Shown here one piece after another: positions 16,101 through 27,399 of a stretch of DNA of 64,000 nt. Made by a program: the position numbers and the translations under genes. Position 1 is the stretch's first letter. Each line of letters opens with the position of its first letter. The notes beneath the pieces are model-generated. The model was not told the origin of the DNA, searched no databases, and saw nothing but the letters and a program-made list of their open reading frames with translations. Source of the stretch: Macrostomum lignano (Eukaryota); assembly GCA_002269645.1 (NCBI GenBank), contig NIVC01001102.1, positions 124,001-188,000 on the forward strand, read 5' to 3'.

Positions 16101-17063
16101 AGGCAGGTACAAACCGTAATTAAGCTTGTCTGGGAGGTTTCTGCCTAGTAGGTCTAGAGCCCGTAGCTTTACTGCGTGTACGGTTGTGTCCGAGGCGAAC
16201 TGAAGGCATTTCTGCACAAGTTGAGAATGAGTTTTTTTGGATAGAACGACTTTGTCTTTGGTAGATTTACAGATCTAATTTTCAGTTTTTTTCTCAGTGA
16301 CAGCATCTGTCTTGGCGTCTGCTTTAGCGCCTGGTCTGCCTCTTTGTATGACTTCAGTGGCTGTCTCAGTGTCTGTCTCAGTGTCTGTCTAATTGCCTGT
16401 ATCAGTGTCTGTCTCAGTGTCTGTCTCAGTATCTGTCTCAGTGTCTGTCTCAGTGTCTGTCTCAGTGTCTGTCTCAGTATCTGTCTCAGTGTCTGTCTCA
16501 GTGTCTGTCTCAGTGTCTGTCTCATTGTCTGTCTCAGTGTCTGTCTCAGTGTCTGTCGCAGTGTCTGTCTCAGTGTCTGTCTCAGTGTCTGTCTCAGTGT
16601 CTGTCGCAGTGTCTGTCTCAGTGTCTGTCTCAGTGTCTGTCTCAGTGCCTGTCTCAGAGTCTGTCTCAGTGTCTGTCTCAGTGTCTGTCTCAGTGTCTGT
16701 CTCAGTGTCTGTCTTAGTGTCTGTCTCAGTGTCTGTCTCAGTGTCTGTCTCAGTGTCTGTCTCAGTGTCTGTCTCAGTGTCTGTCTCAGTGTCTGTCGCA
16801 GTGTCTGTCTCATTGCCTGTCTCAGAGTCTGTCTCAGTGTCTGTCTCAGTGTCTGTCTCAGTGTCTGTCTCAGTGTCTGTCGCAGTGTCTGTCTCAGTGT
16901 CTGTCGCAGTGTCTGTCTCAGTGTCTCAGTATCATAAAAGCAACAGTCAATAAATCCTGCCTTCCCTTACCTCAGCCTTCGTTTCCGGCACTCGAATCCG
17001 CAGGCTGATGAGAGCTGTCGAGGCGCCAGAGTCCTGAGTCGGACTGTTCTCTGCTGCAGCCAT
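7166..17063 (-). CDS. SHANK: Shank/ProSAP-like scaffold: SPN (N-terminal ubiquitin-like) domain, ankyrin repeats, PDZ and proline-rich tail; 11 coding exons, ~974 aa
   Basis: Exons 17063-16971, 16211-16014, 15646-15575, 15492-15384, 12615-12464, 11611-11444, 11087-10971, 10740-10347, 9440-9398, 8845-8463 and 8361-7166 are all GT-AG and phase-consistent (2925 nt). Motifs: [28 protein letters not shown] and LRYKRRIY (SPN); [38 protein letters not shown] and GNTPLHVSA (Shank ANK); [10 protein letters not shown] (PDZ); LPAPEGFGN (Homer-ligand-like). Confidence 0.93.
9075..9360 (-). mobile_element. tRNA-derived SINE family B, near-full copy in a Shank intron
   Basis: The minus-strand head has A-box-like TGGTTTAGCGTG and B-box-like GGCTCGATTCC. 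The body is collinear with 58478-58740 and ends in a short GTA/GTG-type tail. Confidence 0.75.
11195..11410 (-). mobile_element. SINE family B, partial copy
   Basis: Contains the GTGTACAGCGGCTCTGACTTTCT...GCCTTGGGGGCTGGCCCTCA block shared with the other copies. Confidence 0.65.
11633..12450. repeat. 24-bp minisatellite (GTGACTCAGTAGGTCAGTGATGCA) in Shank intron 5
   Basis: About 34 tandem units, which read HCITDLLS repeats on the minus strand. Confidence 0.97.
12745..13150. repeat. Degenerate ~37-bp tandem repeat (GATGGCGGCGACATCAAAGGTACAATGAAATGGGGTCT-like)
   Basis: About 10 imperfect units. Confidence 0.8.
13905..15320. repeat. 21-bp minisatellite (GACAGACAGGTCACAGAGATG) in Shank intron 4
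   Basis: About 65 units; it explains the [14 protein letters not shown] and LCDLSVH ORFs. Confidence 0.97.
16362..16930. repeat. 12-bp minisatellite (TCAGTGTCTGTC) in Shank intron 1
   Basis: Directly visible; it explains the RQTL, SVCL and VS ORFs. Confidence 0.97.
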
Positions 17064-18359
17064 TATTTCGTGGCTTCTTTGCGGTCCTGAATCTGCAAGT
17101 TGTAGCGCTATTCTGGTCTTGGCGTCTCTACAAAGTAGACCTGTGCTGAAAGCCGTCTTAACAGAAATGAGATATTAGCTCTCTATATCTATAGGAATGT
17201 CGAAATTCCAGTTGCGCGTGCCGCCACTGACTGTCTGGGCGATTCTGCATGCTCCACGTGTTGAGCGCTTTAATTCTCAATTCTCTCTTTCTTTCCGTTC
17301 TTCTCAGTTCGTTCGACACCCGCCGATAACAGCAGCAGTGTGTAGAGCCACCCGCCACCTCAAACCCGAGCTTGCACGGAGCGCATTGGTCCTGCAATCG
17401 CTTTCGAGGAAAATCTGTCTTATACTCGTAGTCTCAAGAGACGAATTCTGGCTTTATCAGTAGGACCTTACTTTGATTTTTATTTCTTAAATGCTTTCGC
17501 CTCTGCTCGCTCTTCTTCGATCAACAAAGATAACAAACTAATCGAAATAGTTGTACTCGAACCAATTAGCAATGGCTGGCGTTTGCGCATTTCTGAAGCC
17601 ATAATTTTCCGATATACGCTTCTGCTTCTAATAGATGTTAGTTAATTTTGTAAACCCAACAATTGCGAGACAGCTAGCTGGAATTAGATCCGTGAAACAC
17701 ATGTAGGCAAACTGATGTAGAAAGACGCTAAAGACGTCTAAAGATGGTCGAAATACCGTTCCTTCATCCGACAATGCAGACTTCCAGTAGCGCTTCATTT
17801 AGTAATCAAACTACATGTTGTAATTTAAAGCGATAAATTTCACGACTATCTCAAACATAATAGCGTACATTTCAGAGCTTCTGAGCCCTCCCAGTAACTA
17901 AAGCGTCATCTGTCTGAATCAAAAAATGCGACCGCATAATGTCACATCCTAAATGATTTCGCCATGCCTGACATAAATAGCTAAACATGGCTGGACGCAT
18001 GCTGGGCCACCAACTACATGTAGTTTGCTGTTGTTATAATTTAATTCAAGCTAATTGTCTAGAATACTGTTAATTTAAGCAAAGGCTTACATTGTGCAAC
18101 TACAGCTGCATAACAGCTAATAATGCAATCACCGCATATTCCGTCATTTTAGGATCGGAGGACAATGTAATATGATTGCACTAAAAGATTGAATCATGTT
18201 TCAAGGGTGCAGTTGGGTCCATAATGCGACGCATGTAATTAAGTGCTGAATGTTTAATTTAGTTATTAATTTATGTATAGGGTCGCCTCGAATTTACCTG
18301 TACTGACATTTTGCTGGTGGCTAGTCTAACTAACAGCCTAGAAAAGACTGTGAAGATTA

Positions 18360-18556
18360 TGGGCCGTATGCAGAAAGCTTAAGTCCAGACTAGCTAGTCC
18401 GGACTTGGGTAGTTCAGTCTATAGTCTATGGTCTAGCTACCTTAGTTCTGTCTATAGTAGACCGGTCTGACTTTGTGTTTCTGCATACCAAATCCAAGTC
18501 CAGACTAGCTTTTCAAGACCGGACTACCCTAGACAGAGCTTTCTGCATACGGCCCA
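18360..18556. mobile_element. MITE of ~197 bp, Harbinger/Tourist-like
   Basis: Perfect 20-bp terminal inverted repeat TGGGCCGTATGCAGAAAGCT...AGCTTTCTGCATACGGCCCA. Flanks TTA/ATA resemble a TWA target site. Confidence 0.8.
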
Positions 18557-18723
18557 ATAAGTATGTCTCAAAAATCATAAATTCAGGTTTTGTGCATGAT
18601 TGACTGCTGAGAGTTCTGCACAACCTATACTTTTGTGACGAGAGCTATGAGAATAATGTAACTTGAACTAGTTGCATGTACTGTATGCTTTTTTATACTT
18701 GTGATGATGAGGCTGGAGGCTGG

Positions 18724-19176
18724 ACGTCATTTATTTGGAGAACGTCGAAGTAAACGAGTACAACAACAGATGTCGATATTGTAGGCGTAGCAGGGGATCG
18801 TGCTCTCGTAGGTGGCGGCGGCAGGGGAAGGACGAGAAGGGCCTGCTCGCCGCGAGCAGCACCGCGGGGGGGGGAGAGACAGCTAGTAGGTGCTAAAGCA
18901 CCCTAAACGAGCGGCCGCGGGCAGACTCAAGACCCTAACACTAAAATCACCCGCCAATCAGCGGCGGGCGGCTGTCTTCCCCCTCCCCCCGCGGTGCTGC
19001 TATTTATTTAGGCGAGCGGGGTCCAGCCCTTCAGCTCGTCCTTCCCCGCCACCGCCGCCACCTACGAGAGCACGATCCCCTGCTACACGGCCCCAACGCC
19101 AAAAAGCTCAACGCCTACAGTATCGACGTCTGTTGTGTACTTCGTTTTCTTCGACGTTCTTCAATTAAAATGACGT
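18724..19176. mobile_element. Foldback/MITE-like imperfect long hairpin (~450 bp)
   Basis: The left arm (ACGTCATTT...GTAGCAGGGGATCGTGCTCTCGTAGGTGGCGGCGG...CAGCACCGCGGGG) is the reverse complement of the right arm, allowing small indels. Confidence 0.8.
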
Positions 19177-19674
19177 TCGCCCCAATATCGCCGGTGATCC
19201 GGCCTGGTCTACGCTGCTCTTCGTGCCGTACCTCCAACTGGTAAGCCTTTGACTCTGCATATATTTGTCCTTTGTTTTGGGCCAGTCTTAGGCACCCTAG
19301 AGCACCCTAGAGCACCCTAGAGTACGCCAATTCCAACCTCAACCAGTGTGCGTCGTACGCTCGATCCGCCTAGTCCCAATCGACTCTACGTCGTACGCGG
19401 TTCGGTGGAATCGACCGTAGCCAGTGTCAGTACGTAAACCCGGGTCTATGGGCCTGGGGCACCAGCTTGAGGACCGAGCCGAGCTCTAGCAGAGTGTAAA
19501 ATTCGAGTGTAAAAAATAATAAGAATTTGCTTGGAGATCGAACATCTGGATATTTGCTGCTTTCAAGAAACATAAATCTTTGGTTTCTAATTATTGCATT
19601 TTTATTCATATAGGCTTAGTCTATAGTATAGTTGTTTTAAATTTTACTATTTCTAAATTAACAGAACAACAGAT

Positions 19675-22195
19675 ATGGCAGCCATAAGAAGCAAGAAGGA
19701 GAGAATCCAAGCCGCAGTGGACAGTGTGATTGAAAGAATTCGTACTGGCAAAGAGTGTAATTATCGAAAAATTGCTCAAAAATTTTCCGTACCTACCTCA
19801 ACCGTTTATGAAGAACTCGCAAGCTGATGAACGGTCTGACGGTGACAGAAAAATACTACCAAGCGGTGTTTGACGCAGGCCGAGGAGCGAATTTTCTGCG
19901 ATGCCATCAAGCAGGCCGCTCGACAGCAGGTGCCATCACGAGGAAGCATGTGCTGCATGCGAGACCGTCCGCAAGATTGGTGCTTTTAAAGAGGAGCGCG
20001 GCGGTTTGCGCGACGCAACCATAGGTAGGCCCCAGTAATATAATATGAAGCCTTCCTAACTTCAAACAGCTCTCAATCTTAAATTCTCTATCAGCTACCT
20101 GTCTATCTCTCAGTTAGTCACCTTTCTATATCTCCTCAATCTCAATGAATGAATATTCTACTTGCTTGTCAGGCCAAACTAGCCGGACTGTCGAAGCTAA
20201 GGCTGGATTACCGGATTTCATTTGCGCCATCCCGACATCGCTCAGCGAACGCCGCAGGCGGTTATTAATCCTGCCCGGGCGATTGTGACGGAGGCCGCAT
20301 TCGGAGGCCGAGGATGATCTACTCGACGGCGCGCTGCAAGATCCATCACGAGATCGCAGTGCCGCAGGGATTAAAGTCTCACGCTGTGCTCGCAGAGAAA
20401 GGAAGGAAGGAAGGTTTTCCCAGAAAGGACGCTGCATCGAATGGATGGTTATCCTGTTGATTGCCATTATTCTTTTTCACCCAACGGGTGGAGGACCACC
20501 ACTGGGTTTGAGGAATTTATAAAAAATACTGTGGTGAGTACATATCTCCTAGCCCATTCAAAAGGACGCGTGGTCCTTTCCCGCGTTGTTTATTTACATG
20601 TATTTCTCTCCTCGCACGCGCCAGTGTCCGGTGAAAAACGGCCCACCCCTATAGTAGTTTTCTAACTCTGCATTTTTGGAGTATGAGTAAACCTGTGTGC
20701 AGCCAGCGTTTGGTCTTAGCCGGGGGAGTCATGTTATTGTCTGAGCCGTGGAGCCGGCTGATTGGCTGGGCCCACCCCTCCCTCGCGCTGATTGTAGGGT
20801 TGGCCTCGCTTAGCCGTGTACGTCAGTGCACCGTTTGCTCCCCGCCCCCTCCGCCTGTCTATTTTACGTGGGGCCCATGTTGAGGTTTTTTGGAACTTTT
20901 GCGCCCCGCCTTGACTTGCGGCCACGCCCGGTCATTGCTCTCTGTGTTTTCCTGTGCGTCTTACCTGTTTTCTGCGATTCTGCCTGGGTTCTCGTGCGAC
21001 TGCGCCGCGCCGTTCTGCGTGCCGTGGAAATAGACCGCGCGCATCACCCGAAACCGTGAGACTTTTCTGCCGTACGTTGTTCTTAGGGGTTGGCTGCTTA
21101 GGGCCTAGGCGGAATTGGAGCCTAGCTGTCCCAAAACCACCCCCGACACCGGTACCGCGCCGTACGCGTGCTGGAGGCAGTCGCGCCGCTCGAACTGCCT
21201 GATCCCCCCGACTCCGAGTCGTACGCGAGTGGATTGGTGACCACAGCGGGGGTCAGAAGGCGAGCCCGCACTCCGAGAGAAAAGGCCGGGATTTCCCCCT
21301 GTCATCACAAAACACATTTAATGCCCGATCTAGAACAAAAACAAATTCTTTAATTCTGTTGTCCTTTTCACAGATTTGCACGTCTCCGGGATTATCGCTT
21401 GAGGTTCTGGAGTACCTGAGGCAACAGAAGGTTGTTCTGTGTACGGGCTGCATGGTGACGAACGCGCGACGCACATCTTGCAGCCTCTGGACCTCGCTGT
21501 GTTTCGCCCCGTCAAATGGGATAGCCCGATCGAGCTTCTGGCCTACAGGTCCCGGAAGGTCTGCGATTGGAGACTCGATCTGTCACCAGCAAGTTGCGAT
21601 TCGTGGAGATTGCTCCGACAGAGAGGACTACTTCACGCAGAACATCATGGCTGGCTTCCGGAAAAATCGAATTTTTCCTCGGAACCCAGCCTGATGCTCT
21701 AGCGTATGACAAGCTCTGCAAGCGCGGCAGGACCCCACCGCGCAGCAGGCAGGAGGTGAGAAGAATTGTGAGTGTGTGTTATAAACCAGCAACACCGCCT
21801 CCACCTCTAGCCTATTCACGACTTGGAGATCAAGCCATGCAGCGACGAAAGGTGTTGATCGCGCACTGCAGCAGCAGCTGCATGCTTCGTCTGACCGGAC
21901 AAATGAACTGCCAAACAATTAGTGCAACGAAGACAGCCCGGCAGTGAGCTGCCGCCCCCACCGAGCACCTGTCTGAGCAGTGCGTGTCTCCAGTGCCGCG
22001 CATTCGCCTGGCTACAGACCTGCCGGCGCGGCACCGGCAGCTGACGGGAATGTGAGCTCCGACCAGCAGAGCACTGACAGTAGGACTAGTTCGAGAGCAG
22101 ACCACACTGCATCATCAAGAAGAGGAGACCCGACGGTTGAACCCACGAGTGAGGATTCGCTCTATGTAGCTCGTAGAGAGATGCAGTCAGAGTAA
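19675..22195 (+). pseudogene. Decayed pogo/Tigger-family (HTH plus DDE_1) transposase, frameshifted and interrupted
   Basis: N-terminal HTH-like YRKIAQKFSVPTSTVYE (from 19675); YSFSPNGWRTTTGFEEF (~20465-20520); LSLEVLEYL, THILQPLDLAVFRPVK and QNIMAGFRKNRIFPRNP (21390-21690). These motifs lie in different frames. Confidence 0.85.
20530..21309. mobile_element. Solo-LTR-like insertion (780 bp) inside the transposase
   Basis: Ends TGTGGTGA...TCATCACA (TG..CA, 7/8 inverted match) with a near-duplicated 6-bp target (AAATAC/AAACAC). Removing it joins EEFIKNT to FNARSRTKTNSLILL...LSLEVLEY in frame. Confidence 0.72.
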
Positions 22196-23365
22196 TCAGC
22201 TAGTAAGTTTTGAGAAGTTAAATTTATAGTTTAATACGAATAGGATACAAAATATAGACCGATCCTTTCTTAAATTCTAATTTATGCCGTAAATTATATT
22301 GGATACTATTTCGAGACCATCATCTTGCCTCTATCCCTCTCCTCGTCCTCTCAGCTCGGCACCGAAAATGCAGCATGACGAAAATTTGGTGTCGGCGGCC
22401 GGCTTAATTCATCGTTTAAAATTGCATTTTTTAGTCTGTAAATTATAAAAAAGTTATGCCCTAGTCGTAAAGAAGTTTGAAATATACAAGCGTACATTGC
22501 AAATATATTTGAGGATCTTAAAAACATAAACAAGTTTTTGTCATTTTGTTATACTTTGTTCTTTCCGTGGTGTTTTAAAAGTGATGGATTGCAGATAGAT
22601 CAATGTGTGAGCCAAGTTGATTGATTCATAGGCCTACGAGAATTATTATATTGAGCCGCTGGATGGAAAATATAACATACTTCAAAATATAACTTTGCTT
22701 CATTTTATAAATTAAGTACAAAATGTATAAAGTTTAACCAAGTGTAACTTTTTCTTACTTGCATGATTTAAGCAATCAGACACTCACCAGAAAGAAGCAT
22801 TCATCAGCTTTTTAGTTTATATTGTGGCTTCTTTATAATGTGTATAGGCGTAGTTTTTATTTTATTCATGTTTAAAGTTGATACATTTTTTACATTTTTT
22901 TATTTTTCCTACCTTGTAGGCCTATATAGCTCACAGGACCCGCTAACTAAGTTAAGTAGGCACTAAGCCTAAGGCTAAGCTTAGCTTGTATTTATAGAAT
23001 ATAGTTATATAATTTTAAATAAGAGGAAGTAGGGCCTACTCTGTAAGTAAAGTTGTAGAGTAAAAAAGATTTGTGATAAACAGCCAGGCCTACTATCTAA
23101 GTCAACCTATGGGCATGACATGGCCATAGCATAGGGACTAGGGCCTACCCATAGGTGCCTAGTACTAGTAGTAGGGTCTAGGCCAGGCCCTAGTGACAAT
23201 TTATTGCTTTATAAAAATATTTGGTATAAACTAAATAAATAAATCCACTAGGGCCATTTTAATTTTAGCAGCTTGTATATTTGTCAAGGCTAAGTTGAGC
23301 CTATAGTTTGGATCATGTATTAGGCCCTAGGCCCTAGTGTATGCTGGCAGGTGCAGAGTTATGTC

Positions 23366-23460
23366 TATTCTTTAGGGCGGGCATTTTTGCAACTTACTTT
23401 GGTTGGCTGCCAAATCAATTGGCTGGATCGGCCAGATTGGCCAACTGTTGCGCATGTATG
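23366..23460 (-). mobile_element. Truncated terminus of the same hAT MITE family as 24407-24681
   Basis: Diverged reverse-complement copy of ~24407-24500, ending GTTGCGCATGTATG. Confidence 0.7.
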
Positions 23461-24406
23461 ATAGCATTCCATGATAAGGATTTTTAAATATGTTTATAGT
23501 TTGTGGCTAAGTATTCTATGAAATTCTAAAACAAATTGCATGAAAAACAATAAAATTAATATTTTCTTAATTTTCAAAATACAATGCAAATATAAATATA
23601 TAAGTAATTGACACATTTAAAAAATGCAAAACAAATCTTAACAAAAAACTACAAACTAAAATTTATAAAGCACCTCTTGTCACTAAAATGACTATAGTTA
23701 TAGAATATAATATCTTCATTTTTTACAAAAGCTTAAGTGTAATCTGTCACCAATGAAACTTGTCACAAAAATAACTATTTGTCACTGAAATGTCTATTTC
23801 CAAAATGACCAGCAGCCAAAAAAATTGGATATAAATAGGCTTCTATTCCAATAATTGGATATGCACAGTTGGTATACATGACTTCTAAGATTAAAAAAAT
23901 AATATGCATATATACTTGGCATGCACTTCATAGAACCACACAGAAAAGTTAGCATTCAATGGAAAAAAGAATGAAAAGTTTTTTTAAGTATGTTTTAAGC
24001 TTTCTAGTTTTTAAGCTTGTAATAAGGCATTTAAACAAATGTTTGTATATCTTGATTTTCTATTGTCAATAGTAGAGGCAATAAAGATAAATGAGCAACA
24101 AAATTATCTACCAGAAGATTCTGTATGCAATACAAAAATGTCATTTATTGTTGCAATGCAAAGAAAGGTCATCTGTTGTTGCCACATTAAGTATAAATTT
24201 GAAAATGTTGGCATACATTTTTTTTATATAAATTTGTAGCTATTTAATTTTTGTTCAGGTGTATACCAAACATGATTTGGACTATAGGGTAGATGACTAA
24301 GATGCCAGATGGTCATAGACCATGATGGCCTCAGGTCTAAATATCTATATAGATGAGGGCAGGCTTAAGGAAAGTCTATATTTTCTTTTTTCCTATTGGT
24401 AGTAAT

Positions 24407-24681
24407 CATACATGCGCAACTGCTGGCCGACCTGGCCGATCTGGCCACCGTAAATTGTGGTGGACCAGGGGTAAGTCGCAAAAATGCCACCCCAAAGAAT
24501 ACGGACGTAGTACTAATTAGATGCCGAGGCATTTAGGCCTGATAAGACAGTCATAGTTACTCCTGCCGTTTACCCAAATAAGCGTTATTTTGCTTTAAGG
24601 TTTCTTTCACAGGTAAGTCGCATTTTTGGTCAAAAAGTAAGTCGCATGGCCAGTGTAAATCAGGGGGGTTGCGCATGTATG
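24407..24681. mobile_element. hAT-type MITE (275 bp)
   Basis: Perfect 14-bp TIR CATACATGCGCAAC/GTTGCGCATGTATG and a perfect 8-bp target-site duplication GTAGTAAT (24399-24406 and 24682-24689). Confidence 0.9.
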
Positions 24682-26199
24682 GTAGTAATTAGTATTATCA
24701 TTGAGTATGTCTTCAACTTTTGGGCCTAGGAAATAAATGTATTATAATTGATTAACCAAACAAAAAGCATTCAATTTAGCTAATTGTAGGTTTATCTAAT
24801 AAATAAAGTGAGCAAGAGCATAAGCCAAAGAGGGAGGGCATAGGGACATGTCTTTTAAGTCTTCAAAAAATAAGGACAAAAGACAATGGCATTTCTTTTA
24901 CTTGAAGTTTCTTAATTTAAAACAATGCCAAGTATACTTTTTTGCTTTTTTAACTTTAGGAAAAGGTTTAAGAAGCTGAAATTATGTAACATTTTTGTTC
25001 AACATGGGTTTTTCCAAAAAAATCTAGGTATTAGGCTAATGTCTAACTAAAGCTATTGATAAAAAATACTGAAATTTGGATATTGTACTTTGAGGTGTTA
25101 AAAATCCTGCCATAATGGAATGGCATTAAAAAAAAACAACATTTTACTAATCAAATAATGAAATGGCCACAAAATAAAAAAATATGACAATAAAAATAGT
25201 TTCTTTAAAATTTTGTTTCACTATTTTGACTTTTTTCTAAAACAACAAAAACTCTTTGCTGAAGTTAAAGCTTGGATCATGCAATCTCAACAAATAGTTT
25301 GTTAAAATGGCCAGATTTAGATGAGATTGTGACAGAAAAATTATTTTTTGCCAATATTGACTCACTATAAACTTTTTTACCAAAGTGGGTTGAACTCAGT
25401 AAAACTGACTTTTAGGCTATGTTACAAAGGTTTTAGATATTTTAGGTATATTAGAAGTATGTTTCATAAATAAATAATGAATAAAAAGCTAAATCCAATA
25501 TTGGGCACAATATTCAAATAGTATTAGTGGAAAGAAAAATTCTTATACCCTTTCTAAGAAAAAAGTATTGTTAAGTACAATTTAGGAACTGGGGAATCAA
25601 AAAACCATACCATCATGCCTAATCTACCAATTGCAATTTGCATTTACATAATATAGCTACTAGCTAAGTTGAGTTTTAAATTTTCAAACTGCAAGTATGT
25701 GCAAGGCAGTCAATGAATAGTTTTTAAAAGCTACATCACTAAAGTGCTATATTTGCAATTAAAAGTTAATAAATAGCCAGGTAGCCTACTATCTTTTTGC
25801 CAAACTGGTCACTTTTTTGTTGAAAAGTACATTTACAAAAACTAAGAATTCACTTTATTATGTGTAAAATATATAGAGGGTAATGGTAAAACTTTGTTTT
25901 ACTGTTTTTGCTTTATCCAATGCCTTTAATTTATTTTTCCTCTTATAGAATATATAATTTGAAATATTAAAAGTTGTCTATTAACTAGAAGCAACAAAGC
26001 TAACATATTAAAGAGTAAAACAAATAGGGTTTTATAAAAATTTAAACTGAATCTAATACATAAAATTAGTTAAGAATTAAAAAAGATTTTATTATATTAT
26101 AAATAACAACAAATAAGTCATTATACAGTATAAAGTTACAGTGTACATGTATTGTACATGTAAAGTTACATGTACATGTACACAATTATACAATGTAAA

Positions 26200-26300
26200 G
26201 TGCTCAATGACCCAAAGGGTTCCAATTGGGTCAATAATCGAACCCCCGACCTTCAAGTTGTGAGTCTGACTAGCCACTAGGCTACAGCCCCATCCCCACT
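26200..26300 (-). mobile_element. SINE family A, tRNA-like head only
   Basis: The minus strand reads GGCTGTAGCCTAGTGG...ACTTGAAGGTCGGGGGTTCGAT, matching the head of 35401-35690. Confidence 0.7.
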
Positions 26301-26375
26301 TTATATATACATATATATATATATCGTAAAAAACCTTTTCCAACAGTCTTATCCAACTAAGCATCCAACACATGC

Positions 26376-26867
26376 ATGCATCGCCTACCAGTCTTATTTG
26401 GTCAGGCCAGCCGTGGCCTGAAACAGCTCCGATTCACAAAGGACGGCCCAGCAACTACAGTTGTAGAATTAGTCGACTGCGATTCAAAATCGAAGCCTTC
26501 ATCGCCCAAGTTGAATTTTGACAGCATTGGCCACCCGCAGGAGACCTGCCCAGTTACTAAACTCTCCCAAGCTGGTATTAACCTGGACTACACCGATGTC
26601 AAAGTGTTAGCACAATTTCTCCGACCAGATGGTTCTATCCTACCTAAAGAGGCTACTGGTTTGAGTTTGAAAGCTCAGTATCACATTGAGATGCTGATCG
26701 AGCGAGCTCGAAATGCCGGCCTGATGCCATTGGAGATCGGTCCAGATGGTCAGCATGTTTACATTGAACAGCCCAGAGATCAGTTCAATGTGTACTACAA
26801 TTCGAAAATTATTGGCCTACCAACTGCTAAGAAGGCTAGTTGGCAGTATAGCCCACCGGATGACTAA
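26376..26867 (+). CDS. MRPS18A: Mitochondrial ribosomal protein of the S18 family, most like mL66/MRPS18A (intronless CDS, 163 aa)
   Basis: DYTDVKVLAQFLRPDGSILPKEATGL...IERARNAGLMP matches the MRPS18A pattern ([25 protein letters not shown]...AHRAGLLP). The N-terminus is basic and resembles a presequence. Confidence 0.85.
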   Translation: MHRLPVLFGQASRGLKQLRFTKDGPATTVVELVDCDSKSKPSSPKLNFDSIGHPQETCPVTKLSQAGINLDYTDVKVLAQFLRPDGSILPKEATGLSLKAQYHIEMLIERARNAGLMPLEIGPDGQHVYIEQPRDQFNVYYNSKIIGLPTAKKASWQYSPPDD

Positions 26868-27399
26868 CATTTTCTCCTGTCTAGAATTGCTTTTTTTCAA
26901 GACTGTCATCTTCATTTGTTGGTTTTGTAGATTTTTGCTAAATAATAAGTAAAATAACGGTATAGCATCAGTTAGTTCGTTTGTGAAAGTTGTTGCCGTA
27001 TTTAACTTTCTTTACTCGTGTGTTAATATCATTAATCTAGTTGGCAAAGCTGGTGCGCACTGAGAGTTAGTGACTTCATTTTTCGCAGTTTTAAATAACC
27101 CTGTGCTTTTTGTTTACGTTACTAGTATGGCGAAGTTAAATTAATCTGTGCCAAGACTATAGCAATACAGTTGAATATAGTAGGTTTACCTATCCCCCCC
27201 ATGTAGCCCTTAATTGCGCAGTTTTTAACGGGTTTAAATAGGTGTCAAAGTCTCCAATTAACTAAGATTATCTCTCGTCAACTCAGCTTATATTTCAGCG
27301 AAACAACAGTGCTGAAAGTAGTATGTTGGATTTGTTTATAATACCAAAAACATTGTCGAAAGTTGGATTTTCAAGTCAGGTATTCCGGGCATGGTGTTA

